DNA of 64,000 nucleotides from Planctomycetota bacterium. GTDB taxonomy: Bacteria; Planctomycetota; UBA1135; UBA2386. The notes beneath the pieces are model-generated. The model did not search any database, was not told the origin of the DNA, and saw only the letters and a list, made by a program, of their open reading frames with translations. Location of the stretch: contig OZ245006.1 in NCBI GenBank assembly GCA_965223545.1, positions 192,001 through 256,000 on the forward strand, given 5' to 3'. Below are positions 1 through 9,559 of the stretch, in pieces (the first letter of the stretch is position 1; every line of letters begins with the position of its first letter). The translations under genes were made by a program, and so were the position numbers.

Positions 1-581
1 GCTTCGACCACGGCCGGCGGCGCGGGCAGCGGCCAGACCTGGTGGCGGACGCCATCGTCAGCGGTGAAGTCGTACAGCGGGGTACTCGAGGTCGCAGCAG
101 CCACCAGCGCGTCGATGGCGCCATCGTCGCGATAGGTCAGCAACACCGGCTCGGCGTCCGCGTCCAGCTCGAGGATGTGCCGGGTGCGGTCGTCCTCCTT
201 CTGCGGCCGCGTCTTCTCGTGCTTCTTGATGACGTCGCCTTCGTAGTCGTCGATGTGCACGCCGCCCACGACCCCGGTCTGCGCGTGCTCGCCCTGCGTC
301 AGCCGGTAGGCGTACAGCTGCGGCTCCTCGTCGCGGCGCAGCACGCCGTCCGTCCGCAGCGCATCGAGGTTCCGGCGCGCGCGCGCGTAGACCGCGGCGT
401 CGTACGGATCGTGCTCCGGCGGCAGCTCCAGCTCGGCGCGCACGACGCGCAGGAAGCTCAGCGGGTTGCCGGCCGCCAGCTCCGCCGCCTCATCGCGGTC
501 GACGACGTCGTAGGGGACGCTGGCGACGGCGGCCGCGTGGATCGGGTCCGGCCGCCAAAAGCGCAGGGGGGACAGTCGCAT
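1..581 (-). CDS. DUF1015 family protein (3' end runs off window)
   Basis: Not in the ORF track. Read manually from ATG at 581: MRLSPLRFWRP...VASVPYDVVDRDEA...NPLSFLRV...IKKHEKTRPQKEDDR, typical DUF1015 N-terminal motifs. Starts 6 bp after the aminotransferase stop. Confidence 0.85.
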   Translation of the reverse strand, partial: MRLSPLRFWRPDPIHAAAVASVPYDVVDRDEAAELAAGNPLSFLRVVRAELELPPEHDPYDAAVYARARRNLDALRTDGVLRRDEEPQLYAYRLTQGEHAQTGVVGGVHIDDYEGDVIKKHEKTRPQKEDDRTRHILELDADAEPVLLTYRDDGAIDALVAAATSSTPLYDFTADDGVRHQVWPLPAPPAVVE

Positions 582-587
582 GTTGGT

Positions 588-1658
588 TCAGTCGAGCGCT
601 GTGAGCAGCGCGTGCAAGCTGGGAAGCGTGTGATCTCCCATGTGGCCGATGCGGAAGGTCTCGGTCTTGATCTTGCCGTAGCCCTTGCCGAGCGTGAAAC
701 CGGCGTCCGTCGCGCGGGCGGCGAGCGCCGCGGGATCGCGGCCGCCGAGCCGCAGGGCGCTGACCGTCGGCGACCGGCAGTCGCGGTCAGGGAAGAACTC
801 GATGCCGCGCGCGTCCGCCCAAGCCTCGACCGCGTCCCGCATCGACAGGTGCCGCTGCCAACGCGCCTCGAGCCCCTCCGCGGCGATCGCATCCAGCTGT
901 TGGCGCAGCGCGAACACCAGCGGCACGCACGGCGTGGCGACCGTGCGGCCGGCGGCCAGGCCGGCCGCCGCGCGCTCGAAGTCGAGCAGAAAGCCCCGAC
1001 CGGGCATCTGTCGCGCGCGTTCCATCGCCCGCGCCGACACCGCGTACACACACAGCCCCGGTGGCAGCGCCAGGCACTTCTGCGTGCCGGCGAAGGCGAG
1101 GTCCAGGCCCCATTCGTCGAACTGCAAAGCGGCGCCGCCGAGGCTGCTGACCGCATCGACCAGGACCAGCGTCTCGGGCGCGCACTCGCGCACCGCGGCG
1201 GCGAGCTCGGCCAGCGGGTTGAGCACCCCCGTCGAGGTCTCGTTGTGGGTGATCGCGACCGCGTCGAACGGCCCGTCGCGCCGCAGCGCATCGCGCAACC
1301 CCTCGACGTCGTTGGCCTGACCCCACGGCACCGACACCTGCACCGCGTCGCGGCCGCACGCGAGGCTGACCTTGTACCAACGCTCACTGAACGCGCCACA
1401 CGTGAGGTGCAGCACGCGGCCCGCCACCAGATTGCGGATCCCGGCCTCCATCAGCGCGGTGGCCGGGCAGTTCTCGAACAAGGCGTAGTCCTTGGTGCCG
1501 AACAGCGGCTGCAGCCCGTCGCAAACGGCGCGGACCTCGTCGAGGAAGCGCGGGGCGCGGTGGCCGATGAGCGGCATGCTCATCGTCGCCCGCAGCGCCG
1601 CCCGCACCTCGACGGGGCCCGGGTTGAACAGCAGGGGGTGGTCGGACTCGGACATCAT
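588..1658 (-). CDS. Class V PLP aminotransferase (serine-pyruvate/alanine-glyoxylate family; probable phosphoserine aminotransferase role)
   Basis: FNPGP, HNETSTG, DAVSS, TQKCL (PLP lysine) and FRIGHMG motifs; directly downstream of serA. Confidence 0.85.
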   Translation of the reverse strand: MMSESDHPLLFNPGPVEVRAALRATMSMPLIGHRAPRFLDEVRAVCDGLQPLFGTKDYALFENCPATALMEAGIRNLVAGRVLHLTCGAFSERWYKVSLACGRDAVQVSVPWGQANDVEGLRDALRRDGPFDAVAITHNETSTGVLNPLAELAAAVRECAPETLVLVDAVSSLGGAALQFDEWGLDLAFAGTQKCLALPPGLCVYAVSARAMERARQMPGRGFLLDFERAAAGLAAGRTVATPCVPLVFALRQQLDAIAAEGLEARWQRHLSMRDAVEAWADARGIEFFPDRDCRSPTVSALRLGGRDPAALAARATDAGFTLGKGYGKIKTETFRIGHMGDHTLPSLHALLTALD

Positions 1659-1701
1659 CGCCTCATCAGTGTTCGCACAAGACGCCGTTGGCGGTACTTC
1701 G

Positions 1702-3285
1702 TCAGTCGACCCGGTGGCACCGCTCGACCGCCGACTCCGCGCTGACCTGCGCCAGCGCCGATTCTCCGATCGGCGAATCGAGGTTCCAAAGGCCCAGGGC
1801 GATTCCCGGTCGAGTCTCCGCCGTGCCGAGCTGCAGCCGGGCGACGTTGAGGTCGTGCCCGCCGAGGATGCTGCCGATCCGCCCGACCACGCCAGGCGTG
1901 TCGCGGTGGAAGGTGACCAGCAGCGGCCCCTCGGGGATCGCGTCCAGCATGAAGTCGTCCAGCTCGATCATCCGCCCGTGCCGGTGGCCCAGGACGGTGC
2001 CGGTGACGAAGTGGCGTTCGCCGCCGATGGTGGCCTCGACGCGCAGCAGGTTGACGAAGTCGCGCTTCAGCGAAGAGCGCTCGGTGTGCACCCGCACACC
2101 CATCGCCCCGGCGACGCGCTCGGCGTTGACCTGCGTCACCGGACCCTCGGCGCGGTGGGCGAGCGCGCCGGCGAGGGCGGCGATGGTCAGCGGCTCGCTG
2201 GCCGCGGTCGCCAGCTCGCCCTGCACGGTGACCCGCAGCGACTCGATCGGCCCGTCGAACAGCTGCATCAACAGCGAGCTCAGGTTCTGCGCCAAGGCCA
2301 AGAACGGCGAGACCCGCGCCGCCTCGCTCGGGGCGATGGTCGGCACGTTGATGCCGTTGAGCGCGACGCCGCCCTTGAGGCAGGTGACCACCTGACGGGC
2401 GACGTCGAGTGAGACGTTGCGGGCGGCTTCGACCGTGCTGGCGCCGAGGTGCGGGGTGAGCACCAGGTTGGCCGTGCGCAGCAGTCGATGGTCCGGCGCC
2501 AGCGGCTCGCGCTCGAACACGTCGAGCGCCGCACCGGCGAGATGCCCGCGGTCGAGGGCGTCGCACAGTGCCTCTTCGTCGACGATGCCGCCCCGCGCCG
2601 CGTGGATCAGCCGCGCCCCCGGCTTCATCGCCGCGATCCGCTCGGCGTCGAGCAGGTGCCGGGTCTGCTCCATCAGCGGCACGTGCACGCTGACGAAGTC
2701 GGCTTCGGCCAGCACTTCTTCCAGCGACCCCATCCGGATCCACGCCGGTGCCGCGCTCTGGTCGACGAAGGGGTCGTAGGCGACGACCTGCATGTGCAGG
2801 CCCTTGGCGCGCTCGGCGACGACGCGGCCGATGCGGCCGAGCCCCAGCACCGCCAGCACCTTGTGGTCGAGCTCGGTGCCGACGAAAGCCTTCTTGTTCC
2901 ATTTACCAGCCTTCATCGACGCGTCGGCGGCGGCGATGTTGCGGGCCAGGCTGACCAGCAGCGCGATCGCCAGCTCACCGGTCGTGGTCGCACTGGCCTC
3001 CGGGGTGTTCATCACCACGATGCCGCGCTCGGTCGCGGCCTCGACGTCGATGTTGTCGACGCCGATGCCGGCGCGCGCGATCAACGCCAGATTGTCGGCG
3101 AGCTCGAGGCTGCGCCGGGTCACCACCGTGGCCGAGCGCACGACCAGCGCGTGGTACGGCCGCAGCGCCTCGCGCAGCGCGTCCTCGTCCATGCCGGTGC
3201 GCAGCTCGACGTCGCCGCCGCGCGCCAGCAGCTCCATGCCCTCCGCCGACAGCTCGTCGGCGACCAAGATCCGGCGGGGCTTCAC
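1702..3285 (-). CDS. serA: D-3-phosphoglycerate dehydrogenase with ASB/ACT domains
   Basis: RAGIGVDNID, GLGRIG, TPHLGAST and C-terminal ACT (HRDTPGVVG..NVA). True start is the GTG at 3285, overlapping the upstream TGA (GTGA); the ORF-track N-terminal extension is spurious. Confidence 0.93.
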   Translation of the reverse strand: MKPRRILVADELSAEGMELLARGGDVELRTGMDEDALREALRPYHALVVRSATVVTRRSLELADNLALIARAGIGVDNIDVEAATERGIVVMNTPEASATTTGELAIALLVSLARNIAAADASMKAGKWNKKAFVGTELDHKVLAVLGLGRIGRVVAERAKGLHMQVVAYDPFVDQSAAPAWIRMGSLEEVLAEADFVSVHVPLMEQTRHLLDAERIAAMKPGARLIHAARGGIVDEEALCDALDRGHLAGAALDVFEREPLAPDHRLLRTANLVLTPHLGASTVEAARNVSLDVARQVVTCLKGGVALNGINVPTIAPSEAARVSPFLALAQNLSSLLMQLFDGPIESLRVTVQGELATAASEPLTIAALAGALAHRAEGPVTQVNAERVAGAMGVRVHTERSSLKRDFVNLLRVEATIGGERHFVTGTVLGHRHGRMIELDDFMLDAIPEGPLLVTFHRDTPGVVGRIGSILGGHDLNVARLQLGTAETRPGIALGLWNLDSPIGESALAQVSAESAVERCHRVD

Positions 3286-4712
3286 CGCGCCCCCTTGCCG
3301 AACAGCACGACGCCGACGGTGCGCAAGATGATGTTGAAATCGAACACGGTGCTCATGTTCTTGATGTAGTAGAGGTCGTAGCGCAGCTTCTCCAGCGCAT
3401 CCTCGACCGAAGCGCCGTAGGGGTAGCGGACCTGCGCCCAGCCGGTGAGCCCCGGCTTGACGGTGTGCCGCAGGGTGTAGAAGGGGTTGGCCTGCGCCAG
3501 CTCCTCGACGAAGTACGGCCGCTCCGGCCGCGGGCCGACGAACGACATGTGGCCGGCGAGGACGTTGAACATCTGCGGCAGCTCGTCGATGCGCAGCAGC
3601 CGCAGCCACTTGCCGACCCGGGTCACGCGCGCGTCGTTGGTCTTCGCCCACACCGGGCCGGTCTCCTTCTCGGCGTCCTGCCGCATGGTGCGGAACTTTA
3701 CGATCTGGAACACGCGGCCGTCCTGGCCGATGCGGTCCTGCCGGAAGAACACCGGAAAGCCGCTCTCGAGCAGGAGCAGCGGCACCACCAAGGCGCACAG
3801 CGGCAGCGCCAGGGTCAGGCCGGCCAACGCCGCCAGGATGTCCGTCGTGCGCTTGATCGCCACCGCGAGCGGCGGCTTGGTGAAACCCCGGCCGAAGATC
3901 AGGTAGCTGGGGCGCAGGCTCTCGACCGCGATCTTGCCGGTCACCCGCTCGTACATGCTCTCCTGCTCCTCGACCAGCACGCCGTCCATCCGGCACTGCA
4001 GCAGCTCGGGCACCGGCAGCGTGTTGCGGCGCTCCTCGTAGGCGGCGACGATGCGCGCGACGCGCTCGCGGCGGGCGACGGTGGGCAGCTCGCGCTCGCT
4101 GCCGACCACCCGCAGGTGGCCGGGCCGGCGCTCGCCGCCGGGATCGTCACCGATCAGGCCCACGGCCTCGAAGCCGGCCATCGGGTTGTCGTGGATCAAG
4201 GTGGCGATCTGCTCGGCGTGCTCGCCGGTGCCCAAGATCAGCACGTGTTCGCCGAAGTTCCACTTGTAGAAGAACCAGTGGAAGCCGGCGCGCCAGGCGT
4301 AGATCGCACCGAACGCGAGCGACAGCAGCAGGATCAGCTTCCAGGTGTCGCGGCCGACGTCGCGCAGGCCCGGAAAGACGAACAGCTGCGGCGCGATGAA
4401 CACCAACGCCGCCAGCATCACCAACGCGTAGCCGAGCGAGTGGATCAGCCGATTCGGCAGCTCCGCGCGGTTTTGCGACACCTTCCAGTCGTACAGGTCG
4501 TTGTACGACAGCGAGGCCTGGCTCAGCACCGCGATCGTCGCACACGACAACAGTCCGCGCAGGGTGACGCTGTTGAGCGCGAGCTCGAAATCGTGCGTGC
4601 GCAGCGGCGGCAGCGAGGTCCCCAGCAGCAGCAACACCGAGAAGATCACCGTCTCGGAGGCGATCAGCAGGAGCTTGCGGCGCGGGATGATCTGCTCGAG
4701 CAGCGTCGGCAT
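3282..4712 (-). CDS. Priming sugar transferase (polyprenyl glycosylphosphotransferase, TIGR03013/WcaJ-like)
   Basis: N-terminal TM helices, then KFRTM, RIDELPQ, MSFVGPRPE, KPGLTGWAQV and YDLYYIKN motifs. Confidence 0.9.
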   Translation of the reverse strand: MPTLLEQIIPRRKLLLIASETVIFSVLLLLGTSLPPLRTHDFELALNSVTLRGLLSCATIAVLSQASLSYNDLYDWKVSQNRAELPNRLIHSLGYALVMLAALVFIAPQLFVFPGLRDVGRDTWKLILLLSLAFGAIYAWRAGFHWFFYKWNFGEHVLILGTGEHAEQIATLIHDNPMAGFEAVGLIGDDPGGERRPGHLRVVGSERELPTVARRERVARIVAAYEERRNTLPVPELLQCRMDGVLVEEQESMYERVTGKIAVESLRPSYLIFGRGFTKPPLAVAIKRTTDILAALAGLTLALPLCALVVPLLLLESGFPVFFRQDRIGQDGRVFQIVKFRTMRQDAEKETGPVWAKTNDARVTRVGKWLRLLRIDELPQMFNVLAGHMSFVGPRPERPYFVEELAQANPFYTLRHTVKPGLTGWAQVRYPYGASVEDALEKLRYDLYYIKNMSTVFDFNIILRTVGVVLFGKGAR

Positions 4713-4867
4713 TCGACGGTGGGTGGGGGGGACTGCGACCGGGGGCGCTCGGCGCCCGTCTCGCTCATCGGCCGCCCGGGGTGCGGCGGCGCAGGAAACG
4801 TCGCCCTTTCATAGCTGTCGGGCGCGGCGTTGGTAGACGCTTCTGCTTCTCGGAATCGTCGCGCACC

Positions 4868-5278
4868 TCAGCGCGGCAGCAGCAGCGGTTCGCCGACGAA
4901 GTGGCGCACCTCGACGACGGCGAGCGCGCGGTCGATCCGCACGGCGACGACGTCGACGCGCAGCTGACGGGGGACGGGCCGCAGCTGCGGAGCCAGCGCC
5001 AGGAGCGCCGCCGCCAGGCGCTGCCGGTCGTCCTCGGTGACGGCCGCCTCGGGTGCCGCGCAACGGGTGCGTGTCTTGACCTCGACGGCCACGAAGGTGC
5101 GCCAACGCCGCACCAGCAGGTCGATCTCGTGCTGCCGCGTGCGCAGATTGGCCGCCTCGATGCGGTAGCCGCGGCGGCGCAGGTAGCGCGCCGCCGCGGC
5201 CTCGCCGGCCGCGCCGCGCTGCCGGGTCCCCGGTGGCCGGGCAGCCCCGCCGCCGTCAGGCGGACGCCGCGGCGTCAT
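4868..5278 (-). CDS. yraN: YraN/UPF0102 family putative nuclease
   Basis: G..GE..A..YL...GY, EIDL, FVAVEVKTR and RVDVVAV motifs. Confidence 0.85.
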   Translation of the reverse strand: MTPRRPPDGGGAARPPGTRQRGAAGEAAAARYLRRRGYRIEAANLRTRQHEIDLLVRRWRTFVAVEVKTRTRCAAPEAAVTEDDRQRLAAALLALAPQLRPVPRQLRVDVVAVRIDRALAVVEVRHFVGEPLLLPR

Positions 5279-5693
5279 CGCGGCTGGTCACGCGCGCCAC
5301 GTTGGCGCGGTCGAACACCATCCTCACCTTGTCGACCGTGAGGGTCACGGTGTCGCTGTCCAGCTTGGCGATCGTGCCGTGCAGCCCGCCGCTGGTGACG
5401 ACGTGGTCGCCGGCCTTCAGCGCGCTGATCATCTCGCGCCGCTGTTTCTCCTGCTTCTGCTGTGGCCGCAGCAACAAGAAGTAGAACACCAGCGCCAGCG
5501 CGCCGAACATCAGCAGCTGCTGCATGCACTGCTCGTTGACTCCCGCCGGCGGCCCCTGCGTGCCGGTCGGGTCGGTCGGGGTGCCGACCCCGGGCGTCGG
5601 CGGCGGCGCCTCGGCGGGCGAGTGCACCAGCGGCGCCTCGGCATTCGGGTCTTGGAAGACGGCGAGCACGGAGCGATTGAGGAGGAGGTTCAT
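5256..5693 (-). CDS. yajC: Preprotein translocase subunit YajC
   Basis: FYFLLLRPQQK...LKAGDHVVTSGGLHG; start placed at ATG 5693 (MNLLLNRS). Confidence 0.88.
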   Translation of the reverse strand: MNLLLNRSVLAVFQDPNAEAPLVHSPAEAPPPTPGVGTPTDPTGTQGPPAGVNEQCMQQLLMFGALALVFYFLLLRPQQKQEKQRREMISALKAGDHVVTSGGLHGTIAKLDSDTVTLTVDKVRMVFDRANVARVTSRDDAAASA

Positions 5694-5773
5694 GGGCCAG
5701 CTCGAAGGCGGTGGAATATAGAATCCGCGGCCCGCGATCCCAGCCGCGCTCCAGCTTTGCCGCTCTTGCCCCG

Positions 5774-6889
5774 ATGAACCGTTCCTCCTCCTCACCGGCC
5801 CCCGGCGCGCGCAGGCCCCGGCCGCGGGTGCTGCTGGCGATGTCGGGCGGCGTCGACAGCAGCGTGGCGGCGCTGCTGCTGCGCGAGCAGGGCTGCGAGG
5901 TGGTCGGTGTGTTCATGCGCAACGGCGTCGAGAGCCCGGCTGCGGCGGTCAAGTCCTGCTGCTCGGCCTCGGACGCGCGCGACGCCGCCGCGGTCGCCGA
6001 CGCGCTGGACATCCCGTTCTACTCGGTCGACTACGCGGCGGAGTTCGGCGCGCTGATCGACCACTTCGCGGCGGAGTACCGGCGCGGCCGCACGCCGAAC
6101 CCCTGTGTGCTGTGCAACCAGCAGCTCAAGTTCGGGCACCTTTTTTCGCTCGCCGACGACGTCGGCGCCGAGGCGGTGGCGACCGGCCACTACGCCAGGA
6201 TCGACGCCGGCCGGTTGTGCCGGGCGGTCGACCGGGCGAAGGATCAGACCTACTACCTGTTCGGCATCGACCGCGAGGCGCTGCCGCGGGTGCGTTTCCC
6301 GCTCGGCGCGCTGACCAAGGCCGAGGTCCGCGCCCGCGCCCGCGCCGCGGGGCTGCGCACCGCGGCCAAGCACGAGTCGATGGAGATCTGCTTCGTCACC
6401 AGTGGCAGCTACCGCGACGTCGTCCGCCGGCACGGCGGCGGTGGCCGCGCCGGCCGCTTCGTCGACCGCGCCGGGCGCGAGCTCGGCCGCCACGACGGCA
6501 TCGACGCCTTTACGGTGGGCCAGCGCCGCGGCCTGCCGGCGCTGGGCACGCCGCACTTCGTCGCCGAGATCCGCGCGGCGAGCGGCGACGTGGTGCTCAC
6601 CGAGCGCGCTGGTCTCGGCACCAGCCAAGCCCTACTGAGCGGCGTCCACTGGCTGATCGATCCACCGGACGGCGGGCCGGTGCGCGCCGCGGTGCAGGTG
6701 CGCGCCCGCAGCCAGCCGGTCGCCGCCCGCATCGTCGCAGGCGGCGGCGAAGGAGCCGCAGATGCAGCCGTGGTCACCTTCGACACCCGGGTCGACGCGG
6801 TCGCCCCCGGCCAAGCAGCCGTGTTCTACGACGGCGACACGGTGCTCGGCGGTGGCTGGATCGACAGTGGCTGGACCGACGGTGGCTGA
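5774..6889 (+). CDS. mnmA: tRNA 2-thiouridylase MnmA
   Basis: AMSGGVDSS, TPNPCVLCN, ATGHYA, KDQTYYL, TVGQRRGL and PGQAAVFY motifs; start approximate. Confidence 0.95.
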   Translation: MNRSSSSPAPGARRPRPRVLLAMSGGVDSSVAALLLREQGCEVVGVFMRNGVESPAAAVKSCCSASDARDAAAVADALDIPFYSVDYAAEFGALIDHFAAEYRRGRTPNPCVLCNQQLKFGHLFSLADDVGAEAVATGHYARIDAGRLCRAVDRAKDQTYYLFGIDREALPRVRFPLGALTKAEVRARARAAGLRTAAKHESMEICFVTSGSYRDVVRRHGGGGRAGRFVDRAGRELGRHDGIDAFTVGQRRGLPALGTPHFVAEIRAASGDVVLTERAGLGTSQALLSGVHWLIDPPDGGPVRAAVQVRARSQPVAARIVAGGGEGAADAAVVTFDTRVDAVAPGQAAVFYDGDTVLGGGWIDSGWTDGG

Positions 6890-6895
6890 ACCGGC
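6851..6895 (+). repeat. Imperfect 15-bp tandem repeat x3 at the mnmA 3' end
   Basis: GGTGGCTGGATCGAC / AGTGGCTGGACCGAC / GGTGGCTGAACCGGC. Confidence 0.8.
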
Positions 6896-6909
6896 GGTGC
6901 GACCCCCGA

Positions 6910-7185
6910 TTAGAGGTTGCCCTTCAGCCCCGCGCCGGCCTTGAAGCCGACCGTCGTGCTCGGCCCGACCTCCATCATCTCACCGGTGCGCGGGTTGCGG
7001 TAGGTGCGCGGCGGCCGCTGCTTGACCTGGAAGGTCCCGAAGCCGACCAGCTGCACCGTGTTGTCCTTGCGCAGCCCGGCGCCGATCGAAAGCAGCACCG
7101 AGTTGACCGCGCGCTCGGCGTGCGCCTTGGAGCACTGGGTACCCAGCGAGCGCCGTACCTCTTCCACCAAATCGGCCTTGTTCAT
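6910..7185 (-). CDS. hup: HU family DNA-binding protein
   Basis: MNKADLV...VQLVGFGTF...RNPRTGE...FKAGAGLK, 91 aa from ATG 7185. Confidence 0.93.
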   Translation of the reverse strand: MNKADLVEEVRRSLGTQCSKAHAERAVNSVLLSIGAGLRKDNTVQLVGFGTFQVKQRPPRTYRNPRTGEMMEVGPSTTVGFKAGAGLKGNL

Positions 7186-7486
7186 CGTCGAAATCCCTCG
7201 GATCGGAGCTACGTGTCCCATTCGCCGACACACCGCCCAGAACCGCGGCGCTGCGCCGGCGCCCAACCGCCCGGTCAGGCCGAAAGGGATGATAGCAGAT
7301 CGGGGGCAGCCAGCAGCCAGCGATGCGCCGCGGTTCGCGCGCCGGGGGAAAAAGGTTGGCGGGAGCGAAGATTTGCAGCCGCGACGCCTCAAGCCGGTCT
7401 CCGGCGAATTCCGATAGCAGCGGTCGAATCGCCAGGGGCAACGAGACGGCGTCTGGCAAAGGATCAACGCAGGAGTGATTGCTCTG

Positions 7487-8728
7487 ATGAGGTGCCTGGC
7501 CTGTTCGCTGCTCACACTCGCCCTCGTCGGCTGCGCCACGCAGGCACCGACGACGGCGCGCTTCGCCGAGCCCAACGCGCTGATGGGCGAGGAGATCCGC
7601 TCGCGCATCGCGGAGATCCCCTTCCAGCATCGCGAGGAGCTCTACCTGAATCTCGTGTGGTTGTCGCAGCGCGGCGAGCATGCGATTCCCAGCCTGATCG
7701 AGGCGCTGCACCACGCCGAGCCGAAGGTGCGCTCCAACGCCAGCTGGGTGTTGGGCCAGATCGGTGACCGCCGGGTGATCCCGGACCTGCAGCCGCTGGC
7801 CGAAGACCGCGACCGGACGGTGCGGCTCGAGGTCGCGCGCACCCTGCTGGTGCTGGGCGACATGCGCTACGCCCCCGAGCTGATCGGCGCGCTCGACTCG
7901 GACAAGCCGCAGGTGCGCTACCTCTGCCACGAGGCTCTCAAGCAGGCCACGGGGCAGGACTTCGGCTACGACCACCTGAGCGACGACGGCCGCAACCGCC
8001 AGCTGGCGGTGTTGGCGTGGCGCGAGTGGTGGGGCGGGATGTCCGGCGATGAAGGCTTTGCCACGCAATACGCCGCGGCCCACAACCTCGACGCCGAGCC
8101 CGCCGACCCGTGGGCCGGCCAGATCGACCCGGCGGATCCGCTGGCGACCCCGGCGACGCCGAACCCGGCGCCGATGACCGAGATCGCGCCGCAGCCGCAG
8201 GCCGACATCCAGCCGCAGAGCGAGGCGCAGCCGCAGGTGCAGACCCAGCCAGTCGAAACGGCGCCGCAACCGCAGGCCACCGCGCCCGAGACCGCGCAGC
8301 CGCAGCGGCCAGTGCGCCCCGACCCACTGGCGACCCCGCCGCAGCCGGAGGCCACCCAGCCCGCGCAGACCCAGGCGACGACCGACCCCGCGCCGCCGCA
8401 GGCCGCGTTGACCGCGCCGCAGCAGCAGATGGAGGCGCCGCAGACCCAGCCCGCCCCCGAGGTCCAGCCGGTGCAGCCGGAGACGACGACGCCGGAAGCG
8501 GTCCAGCCGGAGGCGGTCCAGCCGCAGGCGACGCAGCCTCAGACCCAGCAGCCGCAGCCGCAGCCGACCCAGACCCAGCCGGCACAGCCGCAGGCCACCC
8601 AGCCACCGGCGGCCCAGCCGCAGGCAGAGCCGGAGTCGCACGCCGTGTTCGAGTTCGAGTGGAGCGAGCCGGCCAAACCGAGCAGCACGCCAGCGCCGAA
8701 CAGCCCCGGCCAAAACAAGGGCAGCTGA
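7487..8728 (+). CDS. HEAT-repeat putative lipoprotein with Pro/Gln/Thr-rich C-terminal tail
   Basis: Lipobox-like LALVGC; HEAT/PBS repeats (AIPSLIEAL..VRSNASWVLG, VIPDLQPL..VRLEVARTL); low-complexity QPQAT tail; AGGAG upstream. Confidence 0.75.
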   Translation: MRCLACSLLTLALVGCATQAPTTARFAEPNALMGEEIRSRIAEIPFQHREELYLNLVWLSQRGEHAIPSLIEALHHAEPKVRSNASWVLGQIGDRRVIPDLQPLAEDRDRTVRLEVARTLLVLGDMRYAPELIGALDSDKPQVRYLCHEALKQATGQDFGYDHLSDDGRNRQLAVLAWREWWGGMSGDEGFATQYAAAHNLDAEPADPWAGQIDPADPLATPATPNPAPMTEIAPQPQADIQPQSEAQPQVQTQPVETAPQPQATAPETAQPQRPVRPDPLATPPQPEATQPAQTQATTDPAPPQAALTAPQQQMEAPQTQPAPEVQPVQPETTTPEAVQPEAVQPQATQPQTQQPQPQPTQTQPAQPQATQPPAAQPQAEPESHAVFEFEWSEPAKPSSTPAPNSPGQNKGS

Positions 8729-8908
8729 GCGCGCATCTGCGCGCAACCGCGCGCCGCCACGGCCCCTAGCGGCCGCCGGCGCAGCGCGCTCTTCGCCGCG
8801 ATTCACCGCGGCGCCAACGGCAGAAGCGCCGCCCGATCGGGTTACTTGTGCGCGCGCTGCGGTAGGATTCTCTGGAATCCCGCCCCCAACCCTCCTACCT
8901 GAGGCACC

Positions 8909-9541
8909 ATGCGAAGCAAGCGCGCCGGCTTCACGCTGATCGAGCTCCTGGTCGTCATCACCATCCTCGGCATCCTCGCCGCCACCCTGCTGCCCGACGT
9001 GTTGTCCGCCGGCAACACCGCCAACGTCGCCGCCGACGGCTTCAACCTGCGGCAGCACCACAAGTGGCAGTTCGACTACTACAAGAACAAGAAGATGAGC
9101 AACCCGCCGCGCGGCGGGCACGCCTTCGTCCTGGCCCCCTGGGTCAAGGGCATCATCACCAAGTCCGAGGAGAACCGGGACCGCTTCTTCACTCCGGGCC
9201 AGGAGCAGGATCCGAACTGGCAGGACCTCAAGGCAGAGGACGTCAATCAGATCTGGCGCTCGTTCGACGAGATCGACTCGACCGACACGCACTACGCCGG
9301 CCGCGCGCGCAAGCACTTCCGCGGGATGTGGGACGGCGAGGAGGCGCTGATGGCGAACGACAACGAGGAGGTCCCCGCCTTTGCCGACGGCACCATCAAC
9401 GTGCTGATGGCGAGCGGCGCGGTGCGTCCGCTGCTGCGCGGCGAAGACTTGGCCGAGTGGTGGGACGAGGACGACCCGGGCTACATCTTCCCGGTCGGTC
9501 AGGAGTCACCGATCGAGATGCTGCAGAAGCTCGAGCACTGA
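8909..9541 (+). CDS. Prepilin-type N-terminal cleavage/methylation protein (DUF1559-like)
   Basis: KRAG|FTLIELLVVITILGIL class III signal; degenerate H-X9-DG-type end (FADGTINVLMASG). Confidence 0.8.
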   Translation: MRSKRAGFTLIELLVVITILGILAATLLPDVLSAGNTANVAADGFNLRQHHKWQFDYYKNKKMSNPPRGGHAFVLAPWVKGIITKSEENRDRFFTPGQEQDPNWQDLKAEDVNQIWRSFDEIDSTDTHYAGRARKHFRGMWDGEEALMANDNEEVPAFADGTINVLMASGAVRPLLRGEDLAEWWDEDDPGYIFPVGQESPIEMLQKLEH

Positions 9542-9559
9542 GCGGCGGCGGACCCGCTC

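Noticed and set aside
7270..7300. SRP RNA-like fragment GGTCAGGCCGAAAGG...AGCAG
   Set aside because: A 6-nt insertion separates the tetraloop stem from AGCAG, and no long flanking helix is evident; it would need an Infernal hit.
8909..9541. Prepilin as a conductive e-pilin partner of the cytochrome conduit
   Set aside because: 210-aa DUF1559-like protein, convergent rather than co-transcribed, and unlike short Geobacter-type pilins.
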